Below, in pieces: positions 62,932-64,000 of a stretch of DNA of 64,000 nucleotides. The stretch lies in the NCBI GenBank assembly GCA_043228905.1, contig JBHGNT010000010.1, positions 10,168,001 through 10,232,000 of the forward strand. The letters run 5' to 3'. Numbering within the stretch: the stretch's first letter is position 1; each line of letters begins with the position of its first letter. A program made the position numbers and the translations under genes. The DNA is from Azolla caroliniana (Eukaryota; Plantae; Polypodiophyta). Under the pieces are notes generated by a model. That model searched no databases, had not been told where the DNA came from, and saw nothing but the letters and a program-made list of their open reading frames with translations.

Positions 62932-63480
62932 AATGTGCGTGAGCTAAGTCGCACATAAGCGATGGTTCGGATAGCAGACAACAAGATGGGTTCTAAGTTC
63001 TAACAAGTATCGATGTGTAGGATTTCCTCGTTCCTCGAAAAATATGGTTTTGTAATTAGTCACAACATGTGTAGTATAATGTGTGAAGTGTGAGCCTCCA
63101 CATTTATACGCTAATTGAGAGAGTACGAGAGAGATGCTATATGTTGAGGGGCAAAAGTTGGTTGTATTGCATGTGTGTGGTGATAGTAACAAATTATTTC
63201 GCTTTTCCATCCCCTCATTGGTGGATTGCAATAATAATTGAACATTAAGGGTGATGTTCGTCCATAACTCGTGTACGTAGGAAAAACCACATGTTGACGA
63301 ATGTTTTTAAGTAATTTTAAATAAGACAAGTGTAAGATGGTGAGATATGGCTAGAAACTAGCCATTTGGATTCTAGTAGGGTCTCTTATTGAGGTAGAAG
63401 CAATATGCTAGATAGATAGATCACAATGATGGAACTATGGGGAGTCAAAGGGTCAGATTCAAGATATGGAAACATGGTTT
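62932..63480 (-). pseudogene. LINE ORF2 C-terminal fragment
   Basis: The reverse complement contains cgacttagctca, matching the RLSSH region at 22770-22790. The upstream boundary is approximate. Confidence 0.6.
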
Positions 63481-63499
63481 GGAAGATAACTTGTAACAT

Positions 63500-64000
63500 A
63501 AATAAATTTTCATGAAGCATTAGTAGATTCCTTTGTGAATAAGACATTTTTGCAATGCCAAAATATCATGACATGGGAAAATATGGAGGCTCACATTTCA
63601 CACACTATACTACATATGTTAGACCCAACTACAAAACCATATTCTTTACTGAATGGGAAAACGACATAAAGTAATACATGTTCGAGTACATCACATCATG
63701 TACCATTTGAACCATTGCTTCCATATGATTTAGTCAACACTCACTATGATGTGAGATGGGCCAGTGGGTCATAACTCACAAGTGATGAGAATAGTGAACT
63801 ATGCACATTTTGCCCGAAACAAGTTTGGGAGTCTAAGTATCACACTCTGATACAATTCTTTGACTTTGATCATATTCAACCATTCTTTCCATACATCTTC
63901 GACCAAATCCAACCCTTGCACAAACTTCTCTAATAATCAAAGGGTGCACTCTAAATTGCAACATTCACTAGTAAAATTCTTGAATATCAAGAGTCCCTAC
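63500..64000 (+). pseudogene. LINE ORF2 C-terminal fragment, same family as 12551-22803
   Basis: 63710-64000 aligns by eye to the reverse complement of 22570-22800 and 12630-12685. Confidence 0.8.

Overview
This is eukaryotic plant nuclear DNA, probably from a fern or other non-seed vascular plant (inferred from a PLS-type PPR relic, RTE-X-like LINEs and the TE families). About 90% of the window is nested transposable elements. From 1 to 25435 lies an old minus-strand Athila-like Ty3/Gypsy whose RT is split by a 22.8-kb stack: a Copia containing two solo LTRs, a second Copia, a LINE 3' fragment and a younger full-length Athila-like element with a large extra 3' ORF. A near full-length LINE (25600-36846) sits in a (GA)n tract and hosts an intact Copia with apparently identical LTRs (30036-35700). 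The rest holds further decayed Copia elements, a hAT transposase relic, hAT MITEs, a PPR relic and one intact host gene (an APAP1/AGP57C-like Ser/Pro-rich membrane protein, 54432-55076). The leads most worth checking are: LINEs that appear to target (TC)n/(GA)n and share a covarying 3' hairpin; a ~920-codon sense-strand accessory ORF in the Athila-like element; strong CCGG enrichment across unrelated young TEs; a solo-LTR family with embedded antisense tRNA-like Pol III modules; and a conserved hairpin that loops out the PPT in three Copia families. All calls were made by eye; no database searches were run.
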